From Chthoniobacteraceae bacterium (GTDB lineage: Bacteria; Verrucomicrobiota; Verrucomicrobiia; Chthoniobacterales; Chthoniobacteraceae), in assembly GCA_031409655.1 (NCBI GenBank), contig JANNXQ010000066.1, positions 1-64,000 on the forward strand: DNA of 64,000 nucleotides, written 5' to 3'. The position numbers and the translations under genes are program-made. The notes under the pieces are model-generated. The model was given only the letters and a program-made list of their open reading frames with translations. It did no database searches and was not told where the DNA came from. Below are positions 28,967 through 39,114 of the stretch, in pieces. Position 1 is the stretch's first letter. Each line of letters starts with the position of its first letter.

Positions 28967-30202
28967 GTGACTCGCCCTCCGCTCGCCCGCCACGAGGCGC
29001 TGGCTGCCTGGCAGGCGTTTTTGCCGCGGGTGCAGGACTACGCGGCGCGCAGAAATCATGTGGAGACGGGCCACGGCAATGTCTCCCGTCTGAGCGCCGC
29101 GCTGCGCCATCGCTTGCTCACCGAGGACGAGGTCATCCGCGACACGCTGGAGCACACTACTTTCGACGCGGCGGAAAAGTGGCTCCAGGAAGTCTGCTGG
29201 CGGCGCTACTGGAAAGGCTGGCTGGAGATGCGTCCGCAGGTCTGGACAAGCTGGCGGCGGCGGGTGCGCGAGCAGCGCCGGGATCTGCCAGGGGAGGTAT
29301 TGGAAAAGGCGGACGCCGTGGCTGCGGGGAAAAGCGGGGTCGCCTGCATGGATGCCATCGCGCGCGAACTGATCGAAACCGGCTACCTGCACAATCATGC
29401 CCGGATGTGGTGGGCAAGCTTTTGGATTCACGCCGAACGTCTGCCGTGGGAACTCGGCGCCGACTTTTTCTTCCGCCATCTCCTCGATGCCGATCCCGCC
29501 AGCAACACGCTCTCCTGGCGCTGGGTCGCGGGCCTGCAAACCCCCGGCAAGACCTACCTCGTGCGCCGCTCGAATCTCGAAAAGTATGCGCCCGAACATC
29601 TGCTCCGGGATGCGCGCGGCAGTGAGCGCATCGCCGACGGCGCGGTCACGCCAGCCCCGCAGCAAGAGCACGCCGACACTTCCAAAAAGATCGCGCGCGC
29701 GCATCCCACCACCCTGCCTGCGACCGCCGCGCGGAGCGGCCTGTGGCTCCACGCGGAAGACCTCGCGCCCGAGCTCGGCCCGCTCGCGGCGTTCACTCCC
29801 ACTGCCGTGGCCGCCTTCACCAGCGAACGAATCTATCGCCAGCACTACGCCCTCAGCGCCACTCGCATCGCCGCCCTGCGCACGGTGCTCGCCGATGGCA
29901 TCGCCCGGGCCACGGCGCACTACCGGTGTTCCTGCGTGCTGCTCGATGCCGACCACACCGCGACCAGCCTCACCGAGTGGGCGCGCTCACATCAGCTCAC
30001 GGAAGTCGTCGCCTTCGCCCCCACAGTGGGTCCGATCCATGATCTCATCCCACGGCTTTCCCATCACCTCGAAGAATCGGGTATCCGTCTCACCCTCATC
30101 CAGCGCCCGTCCGATGCGCTCGCATTTTCTCTCGCCGGCGGTGGCTTCTTTCCCTTCTGGGAAAAGATGAGCCGGCACCTGCGCCCGCCCCCCGTCGCAT
30201 GA
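28967..30202 (+). CDS. Photolyase FAD-binding-domain protein with inverted domain order (NewPHL-like); start approximate
   Basis: VSRLS..LRH, QEVCWR.YW, GYLHNHARMW, HLLDAD.ASN..SWRWVAG at the N-terminus. Confidence 0.85.
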   Translation: MTRPPLARHEALAAWQAFLPRVQDYAARRNHVETGHGNVSRLSAALRHRLLTEDEVIRDTLEHTTFDAAEKWLQEVCWRRYWKGWLEMRPQVWTSWRRRVREQRRDLPGEVLEKADAVAAGKSGVACMDAIARELIETGYLHNHARMWWASFWIHAERLPWELGADFFFRHLLDADPASNTLSWRWVAGLQTPGKTYLVRRSNLEKYAPEHLLRDARGSERIADGAVTPAPQQEHADTSKKIARAHPTTLPATAARSGLWLHAEDLAPELGPLAAFTPTAVAAFTSERIYRQHYALSATRIAALRTVLADGIARATAHYRCSCVLLDADHTATSLTEWARSHQLTEVVAFAPTVGPIHDLIPRLSHHLEESGIRLTLIQRPSDALAFSLAGGGFFPFWEKMSRHLRPPPVA

Positions 30203-30453
30203 AAGCCGCGCTCGCGCCGGATCAGATTTCCCACCTCATCCGGCTCGCGTGGGAAGATCGAACCAGCTTCGAGGAGATCGAAGAGCACACCGGCCTGGTC
30301 GAAAGCGAGGTCATCGCCGTGATGCGCCGCGAACTGAAACCCGCGAGCTTTCGCCTCTGGCGGAAAAGGGTCAGCGGTCGCATCACCAAACATCGCGCCC
30401 TGCTCGAACGCAGCCTCAAGCGATCACAAACCCTCGACCCTGAGAGCGACTAA
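30199..30453 (+). CDS. TIGR03643/DUF2805-family protein
   Basis: AWEDRTSFE.I, MRRELK..SF.LWRKRV.GR..KH. Confidence 0.85.
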   Translation: MKAALAPDQISHLIRLAWEDRTSFEEIEEHTGLVESEVIAVMRRELKPASFRLWRKRVSGRITKHRALLERSLKRSQTLDPESD

Positions 30454-31229
30454 CCGAGGCCGAGGATCCAGCCTTCCACGCCAGCCAGCGTGCGCTCGGC
30501 GGGAGTGAGCCGCGGCTCAAAGCAACCGCCCAGCCCGCCGGCGGCATCGCCCTCCTGCATCCAGCGCGCCACGCTGTAGGCATCGTGCTGATGGGCGTTG
30601 CGGCCCTCGGTCGGAAACGTCCGGCTCCACAGCGCTGGATACACTTCGGCGATCACCGAGCGCCCTGGCGGCGGCACCCAGCCGTCGAAGGGCCAGAAAT
30701 GCAGGCGCGCGCCGAGTTGCGCGCGGAGGAAGCGCAGCCACGGCAGCCCGGCGTGCGTGGATTTCGCCACGCTCCCCTGCACGTCGAAGTGAAACACTGA
30801 CTTCGCACGGCAGCGTTCCTCCGCGAGTCGCCGCCAGCGCGAGCTGCCGGTGCGCTCAGCCCCGCGCCCGCGCGATCCGTCGCGGATGAAATCGACATAC
30901 ATGTGGTCCTCGTCGGTCGGCCAGTGCCGCTGGAAGTCGTCGAGGAATGCGGGCCAGTCGGGCGCGAGCCGGTGGACTTCGAAGTAGCGCATCGGGAACG
31001 AAAACGCGTGGTCGATCCCGACCAGCGTGGGCGGCCCGGATCGGAGTTCGCTCGCGAGCCACTCCGCCAGGCCGCGCCGCGTCCAATACTTGCGCGGGCT
31101 CGGCGGCGGCGGAATCTCGGCGCGTGGTTGTTCGCAGGTCGCCGCGTAAAGGCGCAAGCCGGGCAGGCTTTTCGTCGGCGTTTCCGCGCCGGAGTAGTCG
31201 ATGCCGAGGTAGCGTGCAAAGAGCGACAT
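30450..31229 (-). CDS. Hypothetical protein, RNase H-like (DUF429-like) putative nuclease
   Basis: YLGIDYSGA, LVGIDHAFSFP, AEVYP, HQHDA, EGWILG. Confidence 0.65.
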   Translation of the reverse strand: MSLFARYLGIDYSGAETPTKSLPGLRLYAATCEQPRAEIPPPPSPRKYWTRRGLAEWLASELRSGPPTLVGIDHAFSFPMRYFEVHRLAPDWPAFLDDFQRHWPTDEDHMYVDFIRDGSRGRGAERTGSSRWRRLAEERCRAKSVFHFDVQGSVAKSTHAGLPWLRFLRAQLGARLHFWPFDGWVPPPGRSVIAEVYPALWSRTFPTEGRNAHQHDAYSVARWMQEGDAAGGLGGCFEPRLTPAERTLAGVEGWILGLG

Positions 31230-31248
31230 GGAAGAGCGTGCGGGTGAT

Positions 31249-31404
31249 TCAGTCGGAGCGAGTTTTGCCTTTTTGCATCCGGCAGCGGTCGCTGCAAAAT
31301 TTCACTTCGTTCCACACGCGCTCCCATTTCTTCCGCCAGGTGAAGGGCCGTCCGCACGCGACGCACACTTTCTCCGGCAGATGCTGTTTCTTCACGCCTC
31401 TCAT
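31249..31404 (-). CDS. DUF2256-family small Cys protein
   Basis: [19 protein letters not shown]...VKFCSDRCR. Confidence 0.88.
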   Translation of the reverse strand: MRGVKKQHLPEKVCVACGRPFTWRKKWERVWNEVKFCSDRCRMQKGKTRSD

Positions 31405-32270
31405 GGTTCCTCCGCGGCGGGCGGCGGTGGCTCGTTCCTCGCGCGGAGCGAATCCAGATACGCGTTCTTGGGCGCAGGTTTTGCGGGGCGTTCTTCGCTC
31501 TCCAGCATCGCCTGCACCCGCGCGCTGCTCCCGGCGATGAGTCCCGCGATGAGCGAGGCCTCGGGCAGATTCTTCCAATACTTCTTCGGCATCTCGGATT
31601 GCATCGCGCGCACCTTGAGCCGCGCGGGATTGAAGATGCTGCGGTAGTAAGTGCGCCACAGTTCGTCGAGCGCGTCCTCATCCGGCGCGGCGCTGCGGGG
31701 CACGCCGGAGGTGAAATGGAGCGCGCTGCCGTCCCAATGCGCGCATTCGAGCGGCGTGAGGATCGACCAGTCCATGCCGGCGAAACGCTTTTCAAAAAAG
31801 CGCGCGGCCAGTCGCACGATGCGATGCTCGGGCTCGAACCACGCGACGAATTGCTCGCGTCCCGTGGCCTGGTCCGTTGCCACGAGGCGGAAGCGGACGA
31901 AGGCATGCATCTTGTGAATGTCTCGGCCGATGGCCTTGCACCATTGCGCAAGATGGCGCACGTCGCGGTCCGTGGGCACGGCGAGGAGATGCCGCTCGCC
32001 GCCGTGCGTGAGACGCCAGAGCACGCGGTAGAGCACGCCCCAGCGGCGAGCGTCGCTGTGCGCGGCGACGCTGCGGGCCATGTCGAGAAATGCGGGCGGC
32101 ACTTTTGGAACTGCGCCGCGCGGAGTGGCATCGTCGGTCGTGGCGAAAAGGCCGGGCTCTTGCGCGTCGTCGGACCACAGCACGTCATCGGGCGGCACGC
32201 GCAACGCGAGCAGTTCGCGGGCACGGTCGCGCCATGACTCGAAGACCGGCTGGATGACGGCGGTGCGCAT
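31401..32270 (-). CDS. TIGR03915/DUF4130 putative DNA-repair protein
   Basis: [46 protein letters not shown]. Confidence 0.88.
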   Translation of the reverse strand: MRTAVIQPVFESWRDRARELLALRVPPDDVLWSDDAQEPGLFATTDDATPRGAVPKVPPAFLDMARSVAAHSDARRWGVLYRVLWRLTHGGERHLLAVPTDRDVRHLAQWCKAIGRDIHKMHAFVRFRLVATDQATGREQFVAWFEPEHRIVRLAARFFEKRFAGMDWSILTPLECAHWDGSALHFTSGVPRSAAPDEDALDELWRTYYRSIFNPARLKVRAMQSEMPKKYWKNLPEASLIAGLIAGSSARVQAMLESEERPAKPAPKNAYLDSLRARNEPPPPAAEEP

Positions 32271-32272
32271 AG

Positions 32273-33562
32273 CTACAGTTCGCCCGAGCGCACGGATTCG
32301 ATATCGCCAGCGACCGGCGACAGCGGTGCGTCGAAGTCCAGTTCCGCCTGCTTCGGCGGCGGGAGGAAGCGCGCGCGCAGCGCATCGTCGTCGAGCCCGA
32401 GCCGCGCAGGCGTGTGGTCCGCGGCGATGATGAACGGCAGCACTTTTTTCATCGGCACGCGCAGGCGCAGCAGGTCGGCGAGCCGCAGTCGGGTGTAGCG
32501 ACGCGCGCCGAGGATGCGGTCCACATTGCGCACGCCGAGTCCCGGCACGCGCAGCAGGATTTCACGCGAGGCCTTGTTGATGTCGGCGGGGAATATCGCG
32601 CGGTTCCGCAGCGCCCACGCGAGCTTCGGGTCGAGTTGCAGGTCGAGGTTCGGCGCGGCGTCGGTGGTGATTTCATCCACCTTGAATCCATAGAAGCGCA
32701 GCAGCCAGTCGGCCTGATAAAGCCGGTGCTCGCGCACGAGCGGCGGTGCCTTGATAGGCAACAGCGACGACGGCTCGGGAATCGGACTGAAGCCCGAGTA
32801 ATACACGCGCCGCAGCCGGTAATCGCCGTAGAGCACATCCGCCCGCCGCAGGATGACCGCATCCGTGGAATCATCCGCGCCCACGAGCATCTGCGTGCTC
32901 TGCCCGGTGGCGAAGGGCGGCGGCTTCGGCGCATCCGGCTTGCGCTTTTCCGCGTGGCGCTCGTCGATTTTCCCGCGGATGTGACCCATCGCTTCCTGCG
33001 TCCGCGCGAGGTTTTTTTCCGGTGCGAGTTTCGTGAGACCCTGCTGCGTGGGCAGTTCGATATTGATGCTGATGCGGTCCGCATAGCGCCCCGCCATTTC
33101 GATGAGCGCGGGCGACGCCTCGGGAATCGTCTTCAGGTGGATATAGCCGCGAAAGCGATGCTCCTCGCGCAGCTTCCGCGCGACTTCGATGACCAGCTCC
33201 ATCGTGTAGTCCGCACTGCGGATGATGCCGCTGCTGAGGAAAAGCCCCTCGATGAAGTTGCGCTTGTAGAAATCGAGCGTGAGCCGCACCACTTCGTCCG
33301 GCGTGAAGCGCGCCCGCTGCACATTGCTCGAGCGCCGGTTGATGCAGTAGTGGCAGTCGTAGAGGCACGCATTGGTGAGCAGCACCTTCAGCAGCGAAAT
33401 GCAGCGACCGTCCGGCGCGTACGAATGGCAGATGCCCGCCCCGCCCGTCGAGCCCACGCCCGCGCTGCCGCGCGAGTCCTTCCGTGCCGCACCACTGCTC
33501 GCGCACGAGGCATCATACTTCGCGGCGTCGGCGAGGATTTCGAGTTTCTGCGGCAAGTCCAT
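32273..33562 (-). CDS. Putative DNA modification/repair radical SAM protein (TIGR03916-like)
   Basis: AAKYDASCASSG, C.YDC.YC, REHRLYQADWL, HhH tail LLRVPGLG. Confidence 0.92.
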   Translation of the reverse strand: MDLPQKLEILADAAKYDASCASSGAARKDSRGSAGVGSTGGAGICHSYAPDGRCISLLKVLLTNACLYDCHYCINRRSSNVQRARFTPDEVVRLTLDFYKRNFIEGLFLSSGIIRSADYTMELVIEVARKLREEHRFRGYIHLKTIPEASPALIEMAGRYADRISINIELPTQQGLTKLAPEKNLARTQEAMGHIRGKIDERHAEKRKPDAPKPPPFATGQSTQMLVGADDSTDAVILRRADVLYGDYRLRRVYYSGFSPIPEPSSLLPIKAPPLVREHRLYQADWLLRFYGFKVDEITTDAAPNLDLQLDPKLAWALRNRAIFPADINKASREILLRVPGLGVRNVDRILGARRYTRLRLADLLRLRVPMKKVLPFIIAADHTPARLGLDDDALRARFLPPPKQAELDFDAPLSPVAGDIESVRSGEL

Positions 33563-33698
33563 ATCAGCTCCAAGCTGATACGCACCGCGCGCCGCGCTGG
33601 ATAGCCGCATCGCTGAGCGGTGTGATGAAAAGCGGTGCGCCGATCACGAACACCAGTCTCAAACCTTCCGCAGCATGCCGGTGTCGAGTGCGCCGTTA

Positions 33699-33950
33699 GA
33701 GAAAAGCGGGCCGAGCCACAGCGCTGCCCGTGTTCGCCTAGAGATCATTGAACTGCCCGCCGACATCGAGCGCCTGCTTGAAATGATCGAACCCCGCCGT
33801 CACCACGCCCGCCGCCGCGCGGATGGCGATGAACGCCACCGCGAACTTTGCGATGCGCGATTGCAGCGCCAGCATCTTGCCGCTGATACGCGCGAGCGCA
33901 CCGCTCAGGCGGCTGTCGTCGGCATCGAATACTGCGGTGGCTTTCGACAT
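33699..33950 (-). pseudogene. Phage tail tape-measure N-terminal fragment with nonsense codon
   Basis: MSKATAVFDADDSRL...ALDVGGQFNDL*ANTGSAV; TTGAC 14 nt before the ATG. Confidence 0.5.
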
Positions 33951-34002
33951 ACCGCCCGCGCGGCGTCAACATCGCGCGGATACCTCTGCAAAATGTTCGC
34001 CA

Positions 34003-35640
34003 TCATCTCCGCTGCAACCCGAGCGCCTTGATCCGCGAGGCCAGGGTCGTCGGCTTCATGGCGAGCAGCGCGGCAGCACCGTCGGGGCCGAAGATTTTTC
34101 CGCCGGTCTGGGCTAGCGCAGCGGCGATGCTTTCACGTTCCCGCTGCTTCAACTCCGAGCGGGTGACGACGGGGCTGCCGACTGTGCTCTGCGGTGCGGT
34201 CGCCGGGAGCGAGCGTATGGAAGAAGCTGGATTGAATTGCAGCGGGCCACCTTGCGCGAGGATGACGGCGCGTTCGACGGCGTTTTGCAGTTCGCGGACG
34301 TTGCCGGGCCAGTCGTGCGCGGTGAGCTGGCGGGCGGCGGCGTTGGTGAATTTCGGCGCACGACGGTTCATCCGTTTCGCAGCGGTGTGGATGAAGTGCT
34401 CGGCGAGTCGCGGGATGTCTTCGCGGCGGTCGCGCAGCGGCGGGTTTTCGACGGGGAAGACGCTGAGGCGGTAGAACAAGTCCTGCCGGAAACGTCCGGC
34501 TTCGACCTCGGCTTTGAGGTCGCGATTGGTCGCGGCGATGATGCGCACATTCACTTTCCGCGTGCGGGTGTCGCCGACTCGTTCGACTTCCTGCTCCTGC
34601 AGCACGCGCAGCAGCTTGGCCTGCATGGGCAACGGGATTTCGCCGATCTCATCGAGGAAAAGCGTTCCGCCATCGGCGAGTTCGAATCGTCCGACTTTGT
34701 CGCGCAGCGCTCCGGTAAATGCGCCGCGCGTGTGGCCGAAAAACTCGCTTTCGAAGAGTGCTTCGGGCACAGCGCCACAGTTCACCGTGATCATCGAGCG
34801 GATCGCGCGGGGGCTGCGCTCGTGGATCGCGCGAGCGACGAGTTCCTTGCCGGTGCCGCTTTCGCCGGTGATGAGCACGGTCGCATCGGTCGGCGCGACG
34901 AGTTCGATCTGCTGTTGCACTTTTCGGAGAGCCGGACTTTCGCCCACGAGATCGCCGCTGCCGCGCACGGTGCCTACTTCCTCGCGGAGGTAGCTGACTT
35001 CTTCCTCGAGGCGCGCCTTCAGGAATTCGATCTCCTCGAAGGCGCGCGCGTTTCCAATCGCCACCGCTGCATGGTTCGCAAAGATCCGCAGCCAGTCGTT
35101 CACGTCGTGGGGAAGACTTCGGCGTGAGAAAACCGCCAGCACTCCGAGAACCTGCCCGCGAAACTGCAACGCGCGTCCGGTGAACGAGACCACCCCCTCG
35201 GCCGGGCCCCAGTCAGGCAGCCCGTCGTGACCCGGCCCCGGCTCCATCATGTCGGTGGCTATTGAGACTCCGGTTTTCGCGATCGTCCCGATGTTAGTGA
35301 CACCAATCGGAGATCGCGACCAGCCTTGCGCCGAGTCTTCCAATGCATCCAGGCGGTGCCACTCCTCGTTCGGATTTCTCAGCGCGCCCGCGCTGGCGAC
35401 GAGGTGCAGGCATTCACGCTGGTCGGGACACTCTTTGCGCATGTTGCAGCGAGCACATTTGTCGCCTGGCTCGATCAACCAGATGCGCACCAGAGCATCA
35501 TCCGTGGTCAGTGGTCCCTGGTCTTCGTTATCGATCCTCAGGCACTGACTCACATACTCGGTGATCTGAAGCAGAGTCGCGTCCACGGATCGATGCTCGG
35601 AGATTGCCACGACCACTTCCTGCAACGCGTTCATGTTCAT
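34003..35640 (-). CDS. GAF + sigma54 AAA+ Fis-type activator (FhlA-like)
   Basis: [39 protein letters not shown]-terminal HTH; Cys cluster in the GAF region. Confidence 0.93.
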   Translation of the reverse strand: MNMNALQEVVVAISEHRSVDATLLQITEYVSQCLRIDNEDQGPLTTDDALVRIWLIEPGDKCARCNMRKECPDQRECLHLVASAGALRNPNEEWHRLDALEDSAQGWSRSPIGVTNIGTIAKTGVSIATDMMEPGPGHDGLPDWGPAEGVVSFTGRALQFRGQVLGVLAVFSRRSLPHDVNDWLRIFANHAAVAIGNARAFEEIEFLKARLEEEVSYLREEVGTVRGSGDLVGESPALRKVQQQIELVAPTDATVLITGESGTGKELVARAIHERSPRAIRSMITVNCGAVPEALFESEFFGHTRGAFTGALRDKVGRFELADGGTLFLDEIGEIPLPMQAKLLRVLQEQEVERVGDTRTRKVNVRIIAATNRDLKAEVEAGRFRQDLFYRLSVFPVENPPLRDRREDIPRLAEHFIHTAAKRMNRRAPKFTNAAARQLTAHDWPGNVRELQNAVERAVILAQGGPLQFNPASSIRSLPATAPQSTVGSPVVTRSELKQRERESIAAALAQTGGKIFGPDGAAALLAMKPTTLASRIKALGLQRR

Positions 35641-35778
35641 GGCGGCGTTGCTACGAGGAAAAGTCGTAGTTTCACAGTGAAAACTCGTAATATGCGAGAT
35701 GTCGTAGTCTTTCGGGCGGTGCGTAGAAATTGGCGGCTTACTCTGTAGAAATGGGCTTTTCGCCCCCTGCCACCGGCG

Positions 35779-35793
35779 TGGCACGCGTCGTGT
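35779..35793 (+). promoter_or_regulatory. Putative sigma54 -24/-12 promoter
   Basis: TGGCACGCGTCGTGT = GG-N10-GT (one mismatch to GC); dyads CTACGA..TCGTAG and TTTCACAGTGAAA upstream at 35651-35708. Confidence 0.55.
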
Positions 35794-35874
35794 GTAATAG
35801 GGGCATGCACGACAAACCACGAACGCCATGCCCGGCGACGCCATTTCACCTAACCAAACAGCCCCAAAAACCAC

Positions 35875-36465
35875 ATGAACCGCATCCATCAAACCGAACC
35901 CACCACCGCCACCGGCAAGACCGGTCAACTCTTCAACACCGTGCAGAAAAGCCTCGGCTTCGTGCCGAATCTGATGCGCGTCCTCGGGAATTCGCCTGCC
36001 GCAATCGAGGGTTACCTCGGATTTAGCGCCACCCTCGCCAGCGGTCTGCTGCCGGCGAAATTGCGCGAGCAGATCGCCCTCGCAGTCGGCGAAATCAACG
36101 GCTGCGGCTACTGCCTCAGCGCCCACACGCTGCTCGGCGGCAAGGCGGGCCTCAGCCAGGAGGAAGTCCTTGCCGCACGCCGCTCGTCGGCCACGGACAG
36201 CAAGTCCAACGCTGCGCTCAAGTTCGCCCGCAGTGTGACTCTCCAGCGCGGTGACGTCGCCAACGCCGACCTACAGGCAGCCCGCAGCGCCGGTCTGAAC
36301 GACGCCGAAATCGTCGAGGTCGTGCAGAACGTCGTGCTGAACATCCTTACCAATTACACGAACAACGTCGCCCGGACCGTCATCGACTTCCCCGAGGTGA
36401 AGCCCGGCGAACTTGCACCCGTCGCCGCCGAGGCCTGCACGACCGCTGGATGCGGCTGCGCCTGA
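35875..36465 (+). CDS. AhpD/carboxymuconolactone-decarboxylase family peroxidase-related protein
   Basis: E.IAL....NGCGYCLSAH. Confidence 0.88.
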   Translation: MNRIHQTEPTTATGKTGQLFNTVQKSLGFVPNLMRVLGNSPAAIEGYLGFSATLASGLLPAKLREQIALAVGEINGCGYCLSAHTLLGGKAGLSQEEVLAARRSSATDSKSNAALKFARSVTLQRGDVANADLQAARSAGLNDAEIVEVVQNVVLNILTNYTNNVARTVIDFPEVKPGELAPVAAEACTTAGCGCA

Positions 36466-36538
36466 AACCCATTTTCGCCGGACGCAATTCGCTCGCCCAT
36501 CGGACAAACCTACAAACCGGACAACGGAAGTCACACAT

Positions 36539-37285
36539 ATGAAACTCGACAACAAAATCGCCCTCATCACCGGCGGCAACAGCGGCATCGGCTTTGCTAC
36601 CGCGCAGGAATTCAAACGACTAGGCGCACGCGTTGTCATCATCGGACGCAAGCCGGACGCGGTCGCGAAAGCGGCGGCGGAACTTGGTGGCGACACGGTC
36701 GGCGTGACGGCCGATGTCGCCCGCGTGGCCGACCTCGACCGCGCCTTTGCCGAGGTGCGCGAAAAGGCGGGCCGCGTGGACATTTTTTTCGTGAATGCCG
36801 GCATCGGGCGATTCGCTCCCGTGGGCGACAGCACCGAGGCGCTCTTCGATGAAATCACGGACACCAATTTCAAGGGCGCCTACTTCACCATTCTCCGCGC
36901 GCTGCCGCTGATGCATGACGGTGCGTCCATTGTTCTGACCTCGACCGTCGCGGTTCACTTCGGCCTGCCGGGAGCGAGCATTTATGCGGCGGGAAAGGCA
37001 GCGCTGAACAGTCTCGCGAAGACGCTCGCCATCGAACTCGCGGGTCGCCGCATCCGCGTGAATGTCATCAGCCCCGGCCCCATCATGACGCCGATTTTTG
37101 GCAAGATGGGCATGGACCAGGAGACGCAGAATCAAGTCGCCGCCGGCTTGCTAAGCGGCATCCCGTTGCAGCGCTTCGGCACGTCGGAGGAGATTGCAAA
37201 AACAGTCGCCTTTCTCGCGTCCGACGATGCGGCGTTCATCACCGGCCAGGAACCCGTCGCCGACGGCGGCATGTCGCAATCGTAA
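36539..37285 (+). CDS. SDR-family oxidoreductase
   Basis: ITGGNSGIG, NAG, YAAGK, IRVNVISPG. Confidence 0.92.
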   Translation: MKLDNKIALITGGNSGIGFATAQEFKRLGARVVIIGRKPDAVAKAAAELGGDTVGVTADVARVADLDRAFAEVREKAGRVDIFFVNAGIGRFAPVGDSTEALFDEITDTNFKGAYFTILRALPLMHDGASIVLTSTVAVHFGLPGASIYAAGKAALNSLAKTLAIELAGRRIRVNVISPGPIMTPIFGKMGMDQETQNQVAAGLLSGIPLQRFGTSEEIAKTVAFLASDDAAFITGQEPVADGGMSQS

Positions 37286-37318
37286 CGCTCAACACCAAAA
37301 CAAAACCAACCAAACATC

Positions 37319-37762
37319 ATGAACACACTCGACCTCACTCAACGTCCGCCCCGAAGCCCGCGCGTCCGCCTTGGCGGCTACGCCATGCTCGCCCGCGTGC
37401 TCGACAAGGCCCGCGCTTCGCTCATCGGCAAGGCCGGCGATTACAAATACGGCAACCCAATGGACCAGCACTTTTTCGCCTTCACCGGCATCGCGCAGGA
37501 TGCGCTGCTCGAGCAGGTGAAAACCGATGAGGGCGATTGGGCGCTGCTCGTTTGGGTGAATGCGAACGCGTCGCCGAAACGCGCGCCGCACGAAATCCGC
37601 GCGTGGTCCGCATGGCTCGAAACGATGCCTGTCGGCGAGGCCGAAGACCTCGAGTGGTTCGCCGCGCAGGCGAAGCGCATCAACCCCGCGCGCACCGACC
37701 TCCAGACCATCATGGACTATCTCGACGCCGACGACCACGTGAGCTACGGAGGCGCAGCGTAA
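37319..37762 (+). CDS. DUF5069-family protein
   Basis: [25 protein letters not shown]. Confidence 0.75.
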   Translation: MNTLDLTQRPPRSPRVRLGGYAMLARVLDKARASLIGKAGDYKYGNPMDQHFFAFTGIAQDALLEQVKTDEGDWALLVWVNANASPKRAPHEIRAWSAWLETMPVGEAEDLEWFAAQAKRINPARTDLQTIMDYLDADDHVSYGGAA

Positions 37763-37775
37763 TTTTTCCACGACC

Positions 37776-38207
37776 ATGAGCACCCCACGCCCACCACTCC
37801 CGCCTTTCACCGGAGAAACCGCGCGCCAGAAAGTGCAGGTCGCCGAGGACGCCTGGAATTCGCGCGACCCCGAGCGCGTCTCGCTCGCCTACACGGCCGA
37901 CACCGAGTGGCGCAATCGCGCCGAGTTCTTGCACGGACGCGAGGAAGTCGTCGCTTTTCTCCGCCGCAAATGGGCGAAGGAACACGACTATCGCCTGCGC
38001 AAAACGCTATGGGCCTTCACCGGAAATCGTATCGCCGTGCGCTTCGAATACGAGTGGCACGACGACGCCGGCCAATGGTGGCGCGCCCACGGGAATGAGA
38101 ACTGGGAGTTCGACGCCGACGGCACCATGGCGAAGCGTTACGCCAGCATCAACGACCAGCCCATCGCCGAGACGGAACGCAAATTCCGCTGGGAACGCCC
38201 GGCCTGA
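37776..38207 (+). CDS. DUF1348 (NTF2-like) protein
   Basis: [33 protein letters not shown]. Confidence 0.9.
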   Translation: MSTPRPPLPPFTGETARQKVQVAEDAWNSRDPERVSLAYTADTEWRNRAEFLHGREEVVAFLRRKWAKEHDYRLRKTLWAFTGNRIAVRFEYEWHDDAGQWWRAHGNENWEFDADGTMAKRYASINDQPIAETERKFRWERPA

Positions 38208-38220
38208 CATCATCCGACCT

Positions 38221-38823
38221 ATGGCTGCCAGATTCATGCAACTCGTGCTCACGCCCGCCGTGCAGGCGGCGCAGGAGCATTACTTCGGGCGGCACCAGGT
38301 GGTCGCCGACGCTCCCGAGCGCGACGCCTTCACCGACGAAGAAGCCGCTTTCATCGCGAGCCGCGACAGCTTCTACATGGCCACGACGAACAGCGTTGGC
38401 TGGCCTTATCTCCAGCACCGCGGCGGTCCAACGGGCTTCTTGAAAATGCTCGGCCCAAACGGGCTCGGCTTCGCCGATTTCAAAGGCAACCGCCAGATGC
38501 TCAGCACCGGCAACCTCGTCGGCGACGATCGCGTGTCGCTCTTCCTCATGGATTATCCGAACCGCGAGCGACTGAAGATCCTCGGCCACGCCCGCGTCCT
38601 CGACGCTCGTGAAAATTCCAACCTCGCCGATCAACTCAGCCCCACGCCCGAGTTGCGCAGCAAGATCGAGCGCCTCTTCCTCATCGACGTAGTGAGCTTC
38701 GATTGGAACTGTCCGCAATACATCACCCCGCGCTTCACCGAGGCGGAGGTCGAAACGCACCTTGCCCCGCTCAAAGCGCGGATCGCAGAGCTGGAGCAGC
38801 AGCTTCGCAGAGACACGCGCTGA
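38221..38823 (+). CDS. Pyridoxamine 5'-phosphate oxidase-family FMN-binding protein
   Basis: GWPYLQHRGGP.GF, ADFKGNRQ, DWNCPQYI.PR. Confidence 0.88.
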   Translation: MAARFMQLVLTPAVQAAQEHYFGRHQVVADAPERDAFTDEEAAFIASRDSFYMATTNSVGWPYLQHRGGPTGFLKMLGPNGLGFADFKGNRQMLSTGNLVGDDRVSLFLMDYPNRERLKILGHARVLDARENSNLADQLSPTPELRSKIERLFLIDVVSFDWNCPQYITPRFTEAEVETHLAPLKARIAELEQQLRRDTR

Positions 38824-38858
38824 ATCGAGACTCCCGAACTACCGGCATTGGAAAGTGA

Positions 38859-38930
38859 TTGCGGGAGCCGGACTCGAACCGACGACCTCCAGCGCATGAG
38901 GCTGGCGAGCTGGCGCCGCGCTACCCCGCG
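38859..38930 (-). tRNA. Atypical/pseudo tRNA-fMet (CAT)
   Basis: CGCGGGG..TCCCGCA acceptor with C1:A72; anticodon arm CCAGC-CTCATGC-GCTGG; T arm GTCGG-TTCGAGT-CCGGC; shortened D-loop; no encoded CCA. Confidence 0.65.
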
Positions 38931-39114
38931 ATTTTCGGGGCTGGATACTTCCAGCCCGCTTGTCGGAGAGCGCGTGTCAAAAGGAACCGGGTGAACGTGT
39001 TGATGACTGCGGCCGCGCTGCGCTTGGAGCCGTGGCGCGCGACCCACGCGGGAAGTTTCGCGCCGAGCTTTTGCGCGCCGATCCACGGTTTTGCAGCGTA
39101 TGAGTCATGCACCC

